A stretch of DNA of 64,000 bases from Dehalococcoidia bacterium (GCA_965232885.1 CBDDQX010000002.1:13993-77992), one strand, 5' to 3'; positions 38,029 through 47,877 are shown, counted from the first letter of the stretch. The notes: a model not told the origin generated them from the letters alone. Translations and numbers: made by a program.

Positions 38029-40647
38029 GTGACGCCGGTTCGTCGCCAATATCTGAAAATCAAGGAAGCCTACCGCGATTCCATCGTTCTGTTTCGCATG
38101 GGCGATTTCTATGAGACATTCGACGATGATGCGCGTCTGGTTGCCCGCGAACTGGACATAACCCTGACCGGACGCAGCTTGGGCAAGAATATTCGGGTGC
38201 CTATGGCTGGCGTTCCGGCCCATTCCGTTGAGTCCTACCTGGCCCGATTGGTGAAGAAGGGCCATCAGGTCGCTATCTGTGAGCAGCTCAGCGACCCCAC
38301 GCTCTCCAAGGGCCTGGTAGAGCGGGATGTTGTTCGGGTGGTAACACCCGGCACGGTCTTCGAAGACTCGCTCCTTGACCAGCGCGCCAATAACTACCTC
38401 GCCGCCGTGTCCGTACAGGGGGAGCAGGCCGGATTAGCCTACGCCGACATCACCACCGGCGAGTTTGCCGCCGCCCAACTGCCTCTCGCCCAGTTGCCTC
38501 TGGAACTGAGCCGGATAGCCCCGGCTGAGGTCTTGGCGCCCAGGAGCAGCTTGAGCAACCCGAATACCGCGGAGGCGCTCGACATCCAGGACGCTCCTTA
38601 TCGCCTTACCCCTACGGATGACGCGCCTTTCGAGCACGAGACCGCCGCGGCCGCATTGCTGGGCCACTTTCGCATCCATACCCTGGAGTCCTTCGGATGC
38701 GAACATCTGCCGCTGGCGGTGTCTGCCGCCGGCGCGATCGCCGAATACGTTGAGCGCAATCGCCCCTCGGCAAGTCCGGGGGCGCCGGTAAACTCAGGGC
38801 TGGGGTTGAGGGTGCAGCTCAACAATCTCGCTGTCTACTCGGCACAGCAGTACATGTCCCTGGATGCCCGGACGCGACGCAACCTTGAGCTGTTTGAAGG
38901 CGGACGCGGTGGACAGCGCGAGTTGTCATTGCTCGCTACTATTGATCGCACACGAACCGCCATGGGGTCGCGCCTGCTGCGCCGCTGGCTGGGACAGCCG
39001 CTCCTGGACCTGTCTGCGCTGGAGCAGCGGCTCGACGCGGTGGGCAGTTTCCACCTCGATGGGCTGTCTCGCGGCGCAATCGCGGCGGCCTTGGCGGGCG
39101 TGGCCGACTTGGAACGCATTATGGGGAGAGTTGTCGCAGGAACGGTTGCCCCCCGAGAATTGCTTGCGTTGAAGTCAGGCATGGAAACGCTGCCTGAACT
39201 CAGAGAGCGCGTTGACGGGCTCGGCGCCGGGATGCAATGGCTCCACGCCGAACTACTGCCGGCCCCGGAGATAGTTGAGCTTATCGAGGCAGCCATCGAG
39301 CCGGAGCCGTCGGGAGCCGTGGGTGATGGCAACGTCATCCGAGCCGGGTTTTCGGGCGAAATTGACGAGCTGAAGAACGCCAGCATCAACGCCCGCCAGT
39401 ATATCGCGGGGCTGGAGCAGAAAGAACGCGAGCGCACAGGCATACGCTCCCTGAGAGTGGGATACAATCAGGTTTTCGGTTATTACATCGAAGTCTCCAA
39501 GTCTCAGACAGCCGAATTGCCAGAAGACTACATACGGAGGCAGACCCTCACCAATGCCGAGCGATACATTGTCCCGGAACTGAAGGAGTACGAATCCCTG
39601 GTCCTAAACGCGCGCGAGCGATTGGCGACGGCGGAGTCGGATATCTACCGCCGCGTCTGCGCTCAAGTAGCCGAATCGGCGGAATCTGTTGCCAAGGCCG
39701 CATCCGCCATTGCCCAAGTGGACGTATTCTGCGCCCTGGCGCAGGCTGCGGCGGACAACGGCTATGTTCGCCCTGCGGTGGACAATGGCCCAGCGATACG
39801 CATCCGCGAAGGGCGGCATCCGGTGGTGGAGCGGGTGCTGTCATCCGGCGAATACGTGCCCAACGATGTCGAGCTGTCCGTCGAGGAACGGGTGCTGGTG
39901 CTCACCGGCCCCAACATGGCCGGCAAGTCCACTTACATCCGCCAGGTGGCTCTGATTACCCTGATGGCCCAGGTGGGCAGTTTCGTCCCGGCCTCCGAGG
40001 CTCGCATTGGGCTGGTGGACCGCATATTCACTCGAGTTGGGCTGCAGGACGATCTTGCCACCGGACAGTCCACGTTCATGGTAGAGATGGTGGAGACGGC
40101 GGCAATCCTGAATCAGGCCACGCCCCGTTCGCTGGTCATTCTGGACGAAATAGGGCGCGGCACCAGCACCTACGACGGGCTGTCCATCGCGCGGGCGGTA
40201 ATAGAGCATCTGCACAACGACCCCCGGCTGGGTTGCAAAACTCTGTTCGCTACCCACTATCATGAGCTGACCCAACTGGCTGGCACCCTGCCGGGCGTCC
40301 GCAACTACAGCGTCGCCGTTACCGACGAAGGAGGCGATGTCATATTTCTTCATCGCATAGTTCCCGGAGGCGCAGATCGCAGCTACGGTGTCCATGTGGC
40401 CCGCTTGGCCGGGCTGCCCCAAGGGGTCATTAACCGGGCCTGGGAAGTGCTTACCGATCTGGAATCCCGAGGTGAGAGCGCCCGTAACCGGCCGGGCCTC
40501 TCGATCCCGGCCCAGCAACTGGCTCTCTTCCCTGCCGGGCCGTCGTTAGCCGATACCGTGCGCGCCCTGGACGTGCCCAACATGACCCCGCTGGAGGCCC
40601 TGAACAAACTCTACGAACTGCAGGAGCAGGCTGACTCCATGCCCTGA
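38029..40647 (+). CDS. mutS: DNA mismatch repair protein MutS
   Basis: FRMGDFYE, PMAGVP, TGPNMAGKST, STFMVEM, DEIGRGT, FATHYHEL. Confidence 0.98.
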   Translation: MTPVRRQYLKIKEAYRDSIVLFRMGDFYETFDDDARLVARELDITLTGRSLGKNIRVPMAGVPAHSVESYLARLVKKGHQVAICEQLSDPTLSKGLVERDVVRVVTPGTVFEDSLLDQRANNYLAAVSVQGEQAGLAYADITTGEFAAAQLPLAQLPLELSRIAPAEVLAPRSSLSNPNTAEALDIQDAPYRLTPTDDAPFEHETAAAALLGHFRIHTLESFGCEHLPLAVSAAGAIAEYVERNRPSASPGAPVNSGLGLRVQLNNLAVYSAQQYMSLDARTRRNLELFEGGRGGQRELSLLATIDRTRTAMGSRLLRRWLGQPLLDLSALEQRLDAVGSFHLDGLSRGAIAAALAGVADLERIMGRVVAGTVAPRELLALKSGMETLPELRERVDGLGAGMQWLHAELLPAPEIVELIEAAIEPEPSGAVGDGNVIRAGFSGEIDELKNASINARQYIAGLEQKERERTGIRSLRVGYNQVFGYYIEVSKSQTAELPEDYIRRQTLTNAERYIVPELKEYESLVLNARERLATAESDIYRRVCAQVAESAESVAKAASAIAQVDVFCALAQAAADNGYVRPAVDNGPAIRIREGRHPVVERVLSSGEYVPNDVELSVEERVLVLTGPNMAGKSTYIRQVALITLMAQVGSFVPASEARIGLVDRIFTRVGLQDDLATGQSTFMVEMVETAAILNQATPRSLVILDEIGRGTSTYDGLSIARAVIEHLHNDPRLGCKTLFATHYHELTQLAGTLPGVRNYSVAVTDEGGDVIFLHRIVPGGADRSYGVHVARLAGLPQGVINRAWEVLTDLESRGESARNRPGLSIPAQQLALFPAGPSLADTVRALDVPNMTPLEALNKLYELQEQADSMP

Positions 40648-40751
40648 ATCTGCTGCCTATTGATTCGAGTTCCTCTTTTTCCTTCCCCGTAAAGGGATAT
40701 AGAATTGTCTAGGCCCGGAACCAAGGTTTCACTTTCCTGTTTGAGGATGTT

Positions 40752-41111
40752 ATGAGCAATCCTGCGCAATTTTACTGGTGGCCCCGTTGATCAACCTGCC
40801 GCAAAGCGAGAGAGTTCCTCCTGCAAAATGATATTGCCTTGGAAGAACGAGACTACTTCAAAGAACCTTTCAGCGAAGCCGAGATCAAGGAACTGGCGGT
40901 TCTGGCCGGCACAGAGCAGATATTCGCCCGGCGTAGCCCCAGCCTGAAACAGATGGGACTGGCAAGCCAGGATCTTACGGAAGACGAAATGGTTAACCTG
41001 ATGTTGCAGGAACCAAAACTGGTCCGCCGCCCTCTCATCCGGGTGGGAGACCAGGTCTTTGCCGGCGGCAGCGGTTCTGTCCTAGATTCGGTTGTCGCCG
41101 CGGCGAAATAA
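40752..41111 (+). CDS. ArsC/Spx family selenoprotein (119 aa, UxxC, Sec at codon 13)
   Basis: ATG 40752 after GAGG: MSNPAQFYWWPR-U-STCRKAREFL, in frame with the track ORF at 40839 (PKLVRRPLI). TGA at 40788-40790. Confidence 0.85.
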
Positions 41112-41247
41112 TTATCCGCAGGATAGGCGTCAGGTTGCGCCGAATACTTTTGGGCGAGTATCATAGGTAAACTGAATACCCTCCCGGCGGCAATTCCCAT
41201 TGCTGCCGGCTGAGGGAAGTAGTAATGGGAAGGGCCTAAGACCGCCG

Positions 41248-41685
41248 ATGAATATCTTCTTTGACGTTGACTACACCATCCTCGGCTTGGACAATACTCT
41301 GCGCCCCCAGACCAAGGAAACCTTCCAGGCATTGTTGGACGAAGACCACAAAATCTACATCTGGTCGGGGATGGGAGAACGCTGGGAGGTCATCGAGAAG
41401 CACCAACTGGAGCCCTACGTGAGTGGTGTTTATGAGAAGCCAACCCACCACTTCCACGAGCGTCTGGAGGAGTTGGGCGTGCCTTTCGAGCCGGAATTCG
41501 TCATTGACGATTACCCGGAAGTGGTGGCCGCCTTCGGGGGCGTGTGGGTGCCGCCCTACTTCTTCAAGCGCTCTCCAGACCGGGAAATGGAGCGAGTCTA
41601 CCGCATAGTGCAGGACTTCGCAGCTACTGGCACATCGGAAGACAAGCAGTATCGCGCCAAGGGCACCATCGTTCCCCTCTTCTAG
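41248..41685 (+). CDS. HAD-superfamily-like protein
   Basis: IFFDVDYT (DxDxT), IWSG, EKP, VIDDYP. Confidence 0.7.
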   Translation: MNIFFDVDYTILGLDNTLRPQTKETFQALLDEDHKIYIWSGMGERWEVIEKHQLEPYVSGVYEKPTHHFHERLEELGVPFEPEFVIDDYPEVVAAFGGVWVPPYFFKRSPDREMERVYRIVQDFAATGTSEDKQYRAKGTIVPLF

Positions 41686-41707
41686 CCCAATACCGGCGGT
41701 GTGGGCC

Positions 41708-43441
41708 ATGCCGATCTTGATTCTGCCGCCTGCCCTGGCCGCTCGAATCGCTGCCGGGGAAGTCGTTGAGCGTCCTGTCTCGGTGGTAAAGGAACTGCTG
41801 GAGAACTCGATAGACGCTGGCGCATCCCAGGTTGCCGTAGAAATTCGCGCCGGTGGCGTTGAGTTCATTCGTGTCGTTGACAATGGCGCGGGTATCCCAG
41901 CAGAAGAAGTCCGCCTGGCTTTCTACCGCCACGCCACCAGCAAGCTCGACTCCCCGGAGCAGCTCGACCATGTAGCCACCATGGGATTTAGAGGCGAAGC
42001 GCTCCCCAGCATCGCCGCAGTCTCCCACGTGACTGTCCAGACCCGCCCCCATGCCGAGACCGCCGGTTTCCGCTTGGTCCTGAAATGGGGCGAGGCAGTG
42101 GGGTCGGGCAGAGAAGGATGCGCCCCGGGCACCGCGCTGGAGGTATCCCAGCTTTTCGGCAACCAGCCAGCCCGCCGCAAGTTCCTTAGATCGGCTCAGT
42201 CCGAGACGGCGCGAGTACAGGAACTGGTCAGCCGTTACGCCCTGGCCTTCCCGGAGATCCGCTTTCGGCTGGTGAACGACGGGCGAGCCTCACTTTCGAC
42301 ACCGGGAAGCGGCCAGCCCAGGGAGGCTTTGCTGGCGGTCTACGGGTCACAGGTCGCGGAGAATATGCTGGAAATCCACGCCGAAGACCCGGAAACGGGC
42401 TACGCCGTCGAGGGCTTCGCCGCCGCTCCCAGCGTCAGCCGCGCCAACCGCACCTATATGACCTTCTTCGTCAACCGCCGCCTGATTCAGAGCCGGATGC
42501 TGTCCTTCGCCGTCGAAGAAGCCTATGCCGGGCTTCTGCAGACGAAGCGCTACCCGGTTGCTGCCATTAACTTGGTGATGCCCTACGATGAAGTTGACGT
42601 AAACTCCCATCCGGCCAAGCGCGAGGTGCGCTTCCACAACGAGAACCGCGTGTTTTCCCTTACTCAACGGGCGGTTCGCGCTCCGTTGGTCTCCAGTTCT
42701 CCGGTGCCTGGCTTCACTCCTCCCTCTGGCGGTTTTTCCTCTTTCGGTAATTTCCGGTCAGGTTCCAAGACATCCGGCGTTGCGTTTCCGGCTTCCTCCG
42801 GCGGCGACACCAGACCGCCGGACACGATGGGCGGCACTGGCTCGGAGGCGTTGGCCTTGCTGGGCAGGCCGGCGGTCCCCCTGCGGGTGGTGGGTCAGCT
42901 GAAGCTGACCTACATCGTGGCCGAAGGCCCGGAGGGGATGTATCTGGTTGACCAGCACGCCGCTCATGAACGAGTGGTGTTCGACCGGCTGTGCGAGCGC
43001 AGGGAAGCAAGAGAGTCAGCATCCCAGCCGCTGCTGTCCCCGGTGAGTGTGGAGCTTACGCCATCTCATGCAACCGCCTTGCAGGAAAACCTGGAGGCTG
43101 TCACCGGCTACGGGTTTGAGATGGAACCCTTTGGAGAGCGGACGTATCTGCTCAGGGCTGTTCCGTCCATACTGACGTCTAACGAGCCGGGCAAGGCGCT
43201 GATTGACATTCTGGACATGGCAACGCTGGAAGGACTGACTAGGCAGAAAGAGGACGTGATGGCTGCTTCCATCGCCTGCCACGCGGCCATCCGGGCCGGC
43301 CAATCTCTCACTGAGCCGGAAATGAGCGCCCTGCTGGAGCAATTGGAAAGTACGCCCAATCCCCACACTTGCCCCCACGGACGCCCCACCATGGTGCACT
43401 TCAGTTCCTACCACGTGGAGCGGGAGTTTGGGAGGCGGTAG
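41708..43441 (+). CDS. mutL: DNA mismatch repair endonuclease MutL
   Basis: IAAGEVVERP, GFRGEAL, DQHAAHER, ACH, CPHGRP. Confidence 0.98.
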   Translation: MPILILPPALAARIAAGEVVERPVSVVKELLENSIDAGASQVAVEIRAGGVEFIRVVDNGAGIPAEEVRLAFYRHATSKLDSPEQLDHVATMGFRGEALPSIAAVSHVTVQTRPHAETAGFRLVLKWGEAVGSGREGCAPGTALEVSQLFGNQPARRKFLRSAQSETARVQELVSRYALAFPEIRFRLVNDGRASLSTPGSGQPREALLAVYGSQVAENMLEIHAEDPETGYAVEGFAAAPSVSRANRTYMTFFVNRRLIQSRMLSFAVEEAYAGLLQTKRYPVAAINLVMPYDEVDVNSHPAKREVRFHNENRVFSLTQRAVRAPLVSSSPVPGFTPPSGGFSSFGNFRSGSKTSGVAFPASSGGDTRPPDTMGGTGSEALALLGRPAVPLRVVGQLKLTYIVAEGPEGMYLVDQHAAHERVVFDRLCERREARESASQPLLSPVSVELTPSHATALQENLEAVTGYGFEMEPFGERTYLLRAVPSILTSNEPGKALIDILDMATLEGLTRQKEDVMAASIACHAAIRAGQSLTEPEMSALLEQLESTPNPHTCPHGRPTMVHFSSYHVEREFGRR

Positions 43442-43500
43442 GGGACGCCCTCACTCTAACCCCATCCCGAAGGGAGAGGGGATTTGGTACGTACCTGCTA

Positions 43501-43651
43501 GAGCGTGTTTACAAACTCTACCGGCAAAGATACTTGGGTATCGGCGCGGTTGTTTGATGCCAGGATTTCACCCTCACCCTAACCCTCTCCCTCAAGGGAG
43601 AGGGGATTTTGCAGGTTAATTCCGACCTATTTGCGGTTTGTAAACACACCC
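43501..43651. mobile_element. MITE-like element (151 bp) with a nested family A REP
   Basis: Terminal inverted repeats GAGCGTGTTTACAAAC / GTTTGTAAACACACCC (14/16 match), flanked by TA on both sides. Confidence 0.65.
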
Positions 43652-44520
43652 TAGGAGACCAGTTGCCAGTAGCGTCGGCCCTCGGCGCGGACGACGCGGC
43701 CAAATCCCCCGTGGTGGCAGATGGCGATGATGGCGTCCTCCGATTCGGCGCGCTCTATCATTGCCGTGCGGGTGGAGACACCCTGGTCGCCGTCCATATC
43801 GAAGCTGAACTTCCAGTCTGTTTCAGTAATCTGTGTCGGGCCGTGGAAGACATCGCCCATGATGTAGGCGCGCTGTCTCCCTGAGGAGATAACCAGGCTC
43901 ATCGAGCCGGGGGTGTGCCCGGGTGTTGGGATCGCCGTAACCTCGCCGGTGAGCGCGCGTTCCCCGTCCAGCAGGTCCAGCACCCCCAAGTCCTGCAGTG
44001 GACCGATGGCCAAGTCCCAATGAAGCGGAAACAGCTCCATCACCTCAGGGCGCTGGAATACTTCCCAGTCGGCCCGGTGAGCCACGTAGCGAGCGTTGGG
44101 GAAGGTGGCGCGGGGAGCTGCGCCCGGCTCGTGGGTAACGTTCCACCCTACGTGGTCGAAATGCAGATGGCTGAAGAATACGGTGTTTATGTCGCCCGGA
44201 CTTACACCGGCGGCCCGCAGTTCCTCCAGCAGCCGCCCGTCTACCCCGCCCGTCATAGCCTCCACCGAGTGAGGATTGCTCACCGCTCCGCCAACGCCGG
44301 TGTCCATCAATATGGTCTGCCCTTCGGAACGAATGAGGTAGCACTCGAAATGACCCAGCATATGGTCTGGCCCGCTGAACCCGCTGGGATAGCGCTCTTG
44401 ATATGGCCTCCATGCCTCGGGAGGCACCTCCGGGAACACGTCGCTGAGGGGGAGCGCCGCTTCGTTATCGTTCAAGGAGAGGATTTCCACGTTGCCGATG
44501 GTCAACTTGGCTTCGGGCAT
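43651..44520 (-). CDS. MBL-fold metallo-hydrolase (paralogue of 25995-26831)
   Basis: MDTG, SHLHFDHVGWN, GHTPG, GDVFH; shares the C-terminal EGRRYWQ. Confidence 0.9.
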   Translation of the reverse strand: MPEAKLTIGNVEILSLNDNEAALPLSDVFPEVPPEAWRPYQERYPSGFSGPDHMLGHFECYLIRSEGQTILMDTGVGGAVSNPHSVEAMTGGVDGRLLEELRAAGVSPGDINTVFFSHLHFDHVGWNVTHEPGAAPRATFPNARYVAHRADWEVFQRPEVMELFPLHWDLAIGPLQDLGVLDLLDGERALTGEVTAIPTPGHTPGSMSLVISSGRQRAYIMGDVFHGPTQITETDWKFSFDMDGDQGVSTRTAMIERAESEDAIIAICHHGGFGRVVRAEGRRYWQLVS

Positions 44521-44551
44521 GGCTCATCCTCCTGGCAGGTGTAGGAAATAG

Positions 44552-44635
44552 CCTGAATCAGGACCCGAAAGATTGAGAGACTGCCAGAATTTTCCGTTCC
44601 TGAACATCTCTGAATCCTGACTGTCCTGATTCAGG
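44552..44635. repeat. REP-like element, family C
   Basis: 13-bp perfect inverted repeat cctgaatcaggac / gtcctgattcagg. Confidence 0.75.
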
Positions 44636-44684
44636 AGTCCGACGCTAGAGCCGAAGGAGCGGATGGGGGCTTGGGACTGCCTAC

Positions 44685-44933
44685 TTAGGCGCGGTTGTTA
44701 CGCCTTGGGTCCATGCGCGGGTCTCTGGCGGGGTGGAAGATGGAATCTTCGTCGGGAAATTCCATGTTCTGCGCGTTCGCATTGTTGTTTGAGCCGAGGC
44801 CGCGCACCGCAGAGAGAGGACCAGCCACTAGGGCGACTGCTGCCGCCCCGATGCCGAGCTTGGTCAAAAAGCTGCGTCGGGACTCTCCTGACCTAGTGAT
44901 GTTTTCTTCCGCTGGGTTGAGTTCGGACGCCAC
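44685..44933 (-). CDS. Small twin-arginine-signal protein (82 aa), function unknown
   Basis: GTG after GGAG; SRRSFL Tat motif, hydrophobic stretch, short polar tail. Confidence 0.65.
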   Translation of the reverse strand: MASELNPAEENITRSGESRRSFLTKLGIGAAAVALVAGPLSAVRGLGSNNNANAQNMEFPDEDSIFHPARDPRMDPRRNNRA

Positions 44934-45047
44934 GTTATGCTCCACCGGCAAGCACAGCAGGGGCCTGCTTGATGCCGGGCATTGTATTCGGACTACCGTA
45001 GATTGTACCTGACAGGACGATAATTGCAACATTTCGTCGCTGCTGGG

Positions 45048-45253
45048 CAGGGCAATCGCGTCTTAACCTCAGGGCCGCCCCATACCCGTTATTCCCGCGA
45101 AGCTTGTCCTCGTGAAAACAGAGAGCGGGAATCCATACTGACGGGTTTCGGAAAATCCCTCCCTCCCGGCAACCTGTGGATTTCCGCTTTCGCGGGAATG
45201 ACGGTTGACTGGCACAGAAAAAAGTTGACTTTGGTTAAGACGCGATTGCCCTG
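45048..45253. mobile_element. MITE-like element (206 bp) carrying nested family B REPs
   Basis: Perfect 21-bp TIRs CAGGGCAATCGCGTCTTAACC; flanking 10-mers cgctgctggg / cgttcctggg (8/10) resemble a target-site duplication. Confidence 0.75.
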
Positions 45254-45263
45254 CGTTCCTGGG

Positions 45264-46601
45264 CTATCCGTTTTCCTGCATAACCATTTGCGCCACTTGG
45301 CGGCCCATGCGAATGGAGTAATTGGTTCCGCGGTCTTCGGGGAAAATCTGGGTAGTGTTGGCGAGATACAAGCCCCGGACAGGTGTCCGGTGAGGCGGAA
45401 TGCGCTGGCTGTAGTTGCGGCTGATGATGGGTTGGGCGCCATCCACCCGGTGGTGATGATACTGCTGAACCCACGAGCGGCTGAAGTCGGGGTTCAGCTT
45501 GCGAAGGTGGGGTGTGAACAAATCCAGCAATTCCTCCGGCTCCATTCGGTACAGCTCGCTGTCGCGGTCGGGGTAGTTGCTGATGTAGATGATGTGTCTG
45601 CCGCCATAAAGCGACTTGTCTATCATGTTGGTGTGCTCGATGATACCGACAAAGGGCATCTCACCGTCGGTGTCAGGGTCCGGGGCGATATTTATCCAGT
45701 ACTTGGCCGTCAGGGGACGATCCAGTTCCAGAATCAGCAGTACGGCGGAAAGGTAGTCCACTCCGGTCAGCATCCGCTGGTAATCATCGGGCATCGGCGG
45801 CACGAGGCGGGTGAAAACGTAGGAAGGGGTGGTAGCAATGACGATGTCATATTCGCGGTTCTCAAGGGCGGCGTCGCGGCCAAGCTGAACTTCCAGTCCG
45901 GTCGCCTGCCCGCCATCAATCATTACACGGCTGACGCGGGCGGAGGTGTGCACATCGCCGCCCTGCTCGATGATTCGCTGGGCCAGCCGGTCTATGACTT
46001 CGCCGAAGCTGCCCATGGGGTAGCCCAGGCGTTCCTTCTGCATGGTCTTGCCGCGGGAGGCGACACGAAGACGCACCTTGCCCCAGAGCCAGGTCATGCT
46101 CACTTGGTCATAGTGGTCGCCGAACTTGCCGCGCAGCAGCGGCTCGAAGAGGACTTCGTATGCCTTGCGCCCCATGTGCCGGGAAAGCCAGTCGCGGGCA
46201 GTGACGTCCTCAAACCGGGAGTAATCGGCGATACGCTGAAGCCGGAGAGTCCAGAGGCCAACGCGAAAGCGGTCCCATAGCGACAGGGGCTTGAATCTCA
46301 GCAGGTCCATTGGCGTTGAGAAGTCCCAGATCCGCCCGGCGTGGTACAGGCCAACCTTGGACTCCAGCCAGGCCAGCTTGTCTCCGAGGCCAAGTTCGTG
46401 AATCAGCTCGGTGATTGCGGTGTCGCTGACAAACAGGTGGTGATAGCCGCGTTCCAACTGCCCGCCGCCCACAGGGAATGTCGAGGCCTGCCCTCCCAGG
46501 AAGGGAGCCACCTCGAAGACCTCGGCGTAGTGCCCTCGGGCGGTCAGGTCGTAGGCGGCGGCCAAGCCCGCCACGCCTCCGCCGATGATGCCCACCCTCA
46601 C
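45264..46601 (-). CDS. FAD-dependent oxidoreductase (HemY/amine-oxidase-like, glycosylation-locus type)
   Basis: IIGGGVAGL, LERGYHHLF, YPMGSF, IFPEDRGTN. GTGA overlap with the upstream stop. Confidence 0.85.
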   Translation of the reverse strand: MRVGIIGGGVAGLAAAYDLTARGHYAEVFEVAPFLGGQASTFPVGGGQLERGYHHLFVSDTAITELIHELGLGDKLAWLESKVGLYHAGRIWDFSTPMDLLRFKPLSLWDRFRVGLWTLRLQRIADYSRFEDVTARDWLSRHMGRKAYEVLFEPLLRGKFGDHYDQVSMTWLWGKVRLRVASRGKTMQKERLGYPMGSFGEVIDRLAQRIIEQGGDVHTSARVSRVMIDGGQATGLEVQLGRDAALENREYDIVIATTPSYVFTRLVPPMPDDYQRMLTGVDYLSAVLLILELDRPLTAKYWINIAPDPDTDGEMPFVGIIEHTNMIDKSLYGGRHIIYISNYPDRDSELYRMEPEELLDLFTPHLRKLNPDFSRSWVQQYHHHRVDGAQPIISRNYSQRIPPHRTPVRGLYLANTTQIFPEDRGTNYSIRMGRQVAQMVMQENG

Positions 46602-47797
46602 GGAGAACCCCCGGCCGGGGATGAATTGGTCGCCGTCCGACCCTCTGCCAAGTCTGGAGGCGGAGTCTCGGCCAACTCCGGTTCCGGCGCTCCGAGCAAT
46701 TGCTTGAGGCTCAGACTCTGCTTGGCCAGGATGACCACGATGATTGCTAGGCCCGCGATGTTGACCGGCAGCCACAGCGCCACCAGGTGCACGAACACCG
46801 AGTAGGCGCCAGCAACCGTTGCCCCCACGCCGAGGGCAATCAGAGTTTGCTGCGCGACCACCTCAAACGGGCCGATGCCGCCGACGGCGCTGGGTATGCC
46901 CGTAGCCAGGTTGGAGGTGGCAGTGAGCAGGGCGATGACCAGCACGTAGGCCAGAGCCGAGTCATAGTAGGAGCGAATGTCGAAGGAATAGGACACGAGG
47001 AAGTATACCGAACCCTCGGCCAGCCATACGGGGAGGGATAGCAGAAACAGGGCTAGGTGCTTGCGCGGCGAGTTGAGAATGCCGAGGGCGGAGACGAAGG
47101 CGCGGAAGAACCGGAGGGCGGGGCCGCGCAGCCTGGCGGGCAACAGGCCGAGGAAACCCTCGACGGCGCGGGCGAAGGCAGGCCAAGCGGCCAGCAGGGT
47201 GAAGAAGGCCAGGAAGCCGCCGAAAACTACTCCTACGGCGATTGCCAGCACTATCGCAGTGCTTTTGGACACTCCGGCGCCGTCGCTGAATATGCCCATC
47301 AGGAGCAGCCACGGAGCGGCGACGGCGATGATGGCGACGAGGGTGAGGCCGTCGAATACCCGCTCGACGGCGACGCTGCCGAGGGCAGAGCTGGCGCTGA
47401 AATTTTCCTGGCGCGCCAGCAGATAGGAGCGCACGAGCTCGCCCAAACGCATGGGGAGCAGATTGTTGGCGGCATAGCCGACGATGACGACGGGATAGAG
47501 GCGGCGCACCGGGAAGCGGCGCAAGGGAGTGAGGAGGTACTGCCAGCGGGAGGCGCGGAAGTAGACGCCGACGAAATAGAGGGCGACGGCGGGTATGAGG
47601 TAGACGTAGTTGGCCCCGGCGAGGAGGGATTTCAGTTCGCCGGTATCTAGCTGTCGGTAGAAGACCAGCAGCAGGGCGACGCTGATGGCAATTCCCGCCC
47701 ACAGGTGCCACCGGGCGGTGATGGCGGCTATCCAGTTATTTCGCTTGTGAGTGTCAGAACTATGATTCATCTGATTTCTTTGGTTGCCATGATTCAC
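46598..47797 (-). CDS. Lysylphosphatidylglycerol-synthase TM domain / flippase-like protein (UPF0104)
   Basis: RASRW, GYAANNLLPMRLGELVRS, VERVFD, PSAVGGIGPFE; multiple TM helices. Start is 47797 or 47770. Confidence 0.85.
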   Translation of the reverse strand: MNHGNQRNQMNHSSDTHKRNNWIAAITARWHLWAGIAISVALLLVFYRQLDTGELKSLLAGANYVYLIPAVALYFVGVYFRASRWQYLLTPLRRFPVRRLYPVVIVGYAANNLLPMRLGELVRSYLLARQENFSASSALGSVAVERVFDGLTLVAIIAVAAPWLLLMGIFSDGAGVSKSTAIVLAIAVGVVFGGFLAFFTLLAAWPAFARAVEGFLGLLPARLRGPALRFFRAFVSALGILNSPRKHLALFLLSLPVWLAEGSVYFLVSYSFDIRSYYDSALAYVLVIALLTATSNLATGIPSAVGGIGPFEVVAQQTLIALGVGATVAGAYSVFVHLVALWLPVNIAGLAIIVVILAKQSLSLKQLLGAPEPELAETPPPDLAEGRTATNSSPAGGSP

Positions 47798-47853
47798 CCC
47801 ATTCCCCTAATAATCATGTCCATCCTCTAATCAAACGAATCACAGTTCTGACA
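47752..47853. repeat. REP-like element (family C variant) overlapping the flippase start
   Basis: 17-bp inverted repeat tgtcagaactatgattc / gaatcacagttctgaca (1 mismatch). Confidence 0.7.
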
Positions 47854-47877
47854 GTATAAACGCCTTCTGTGACGGCC

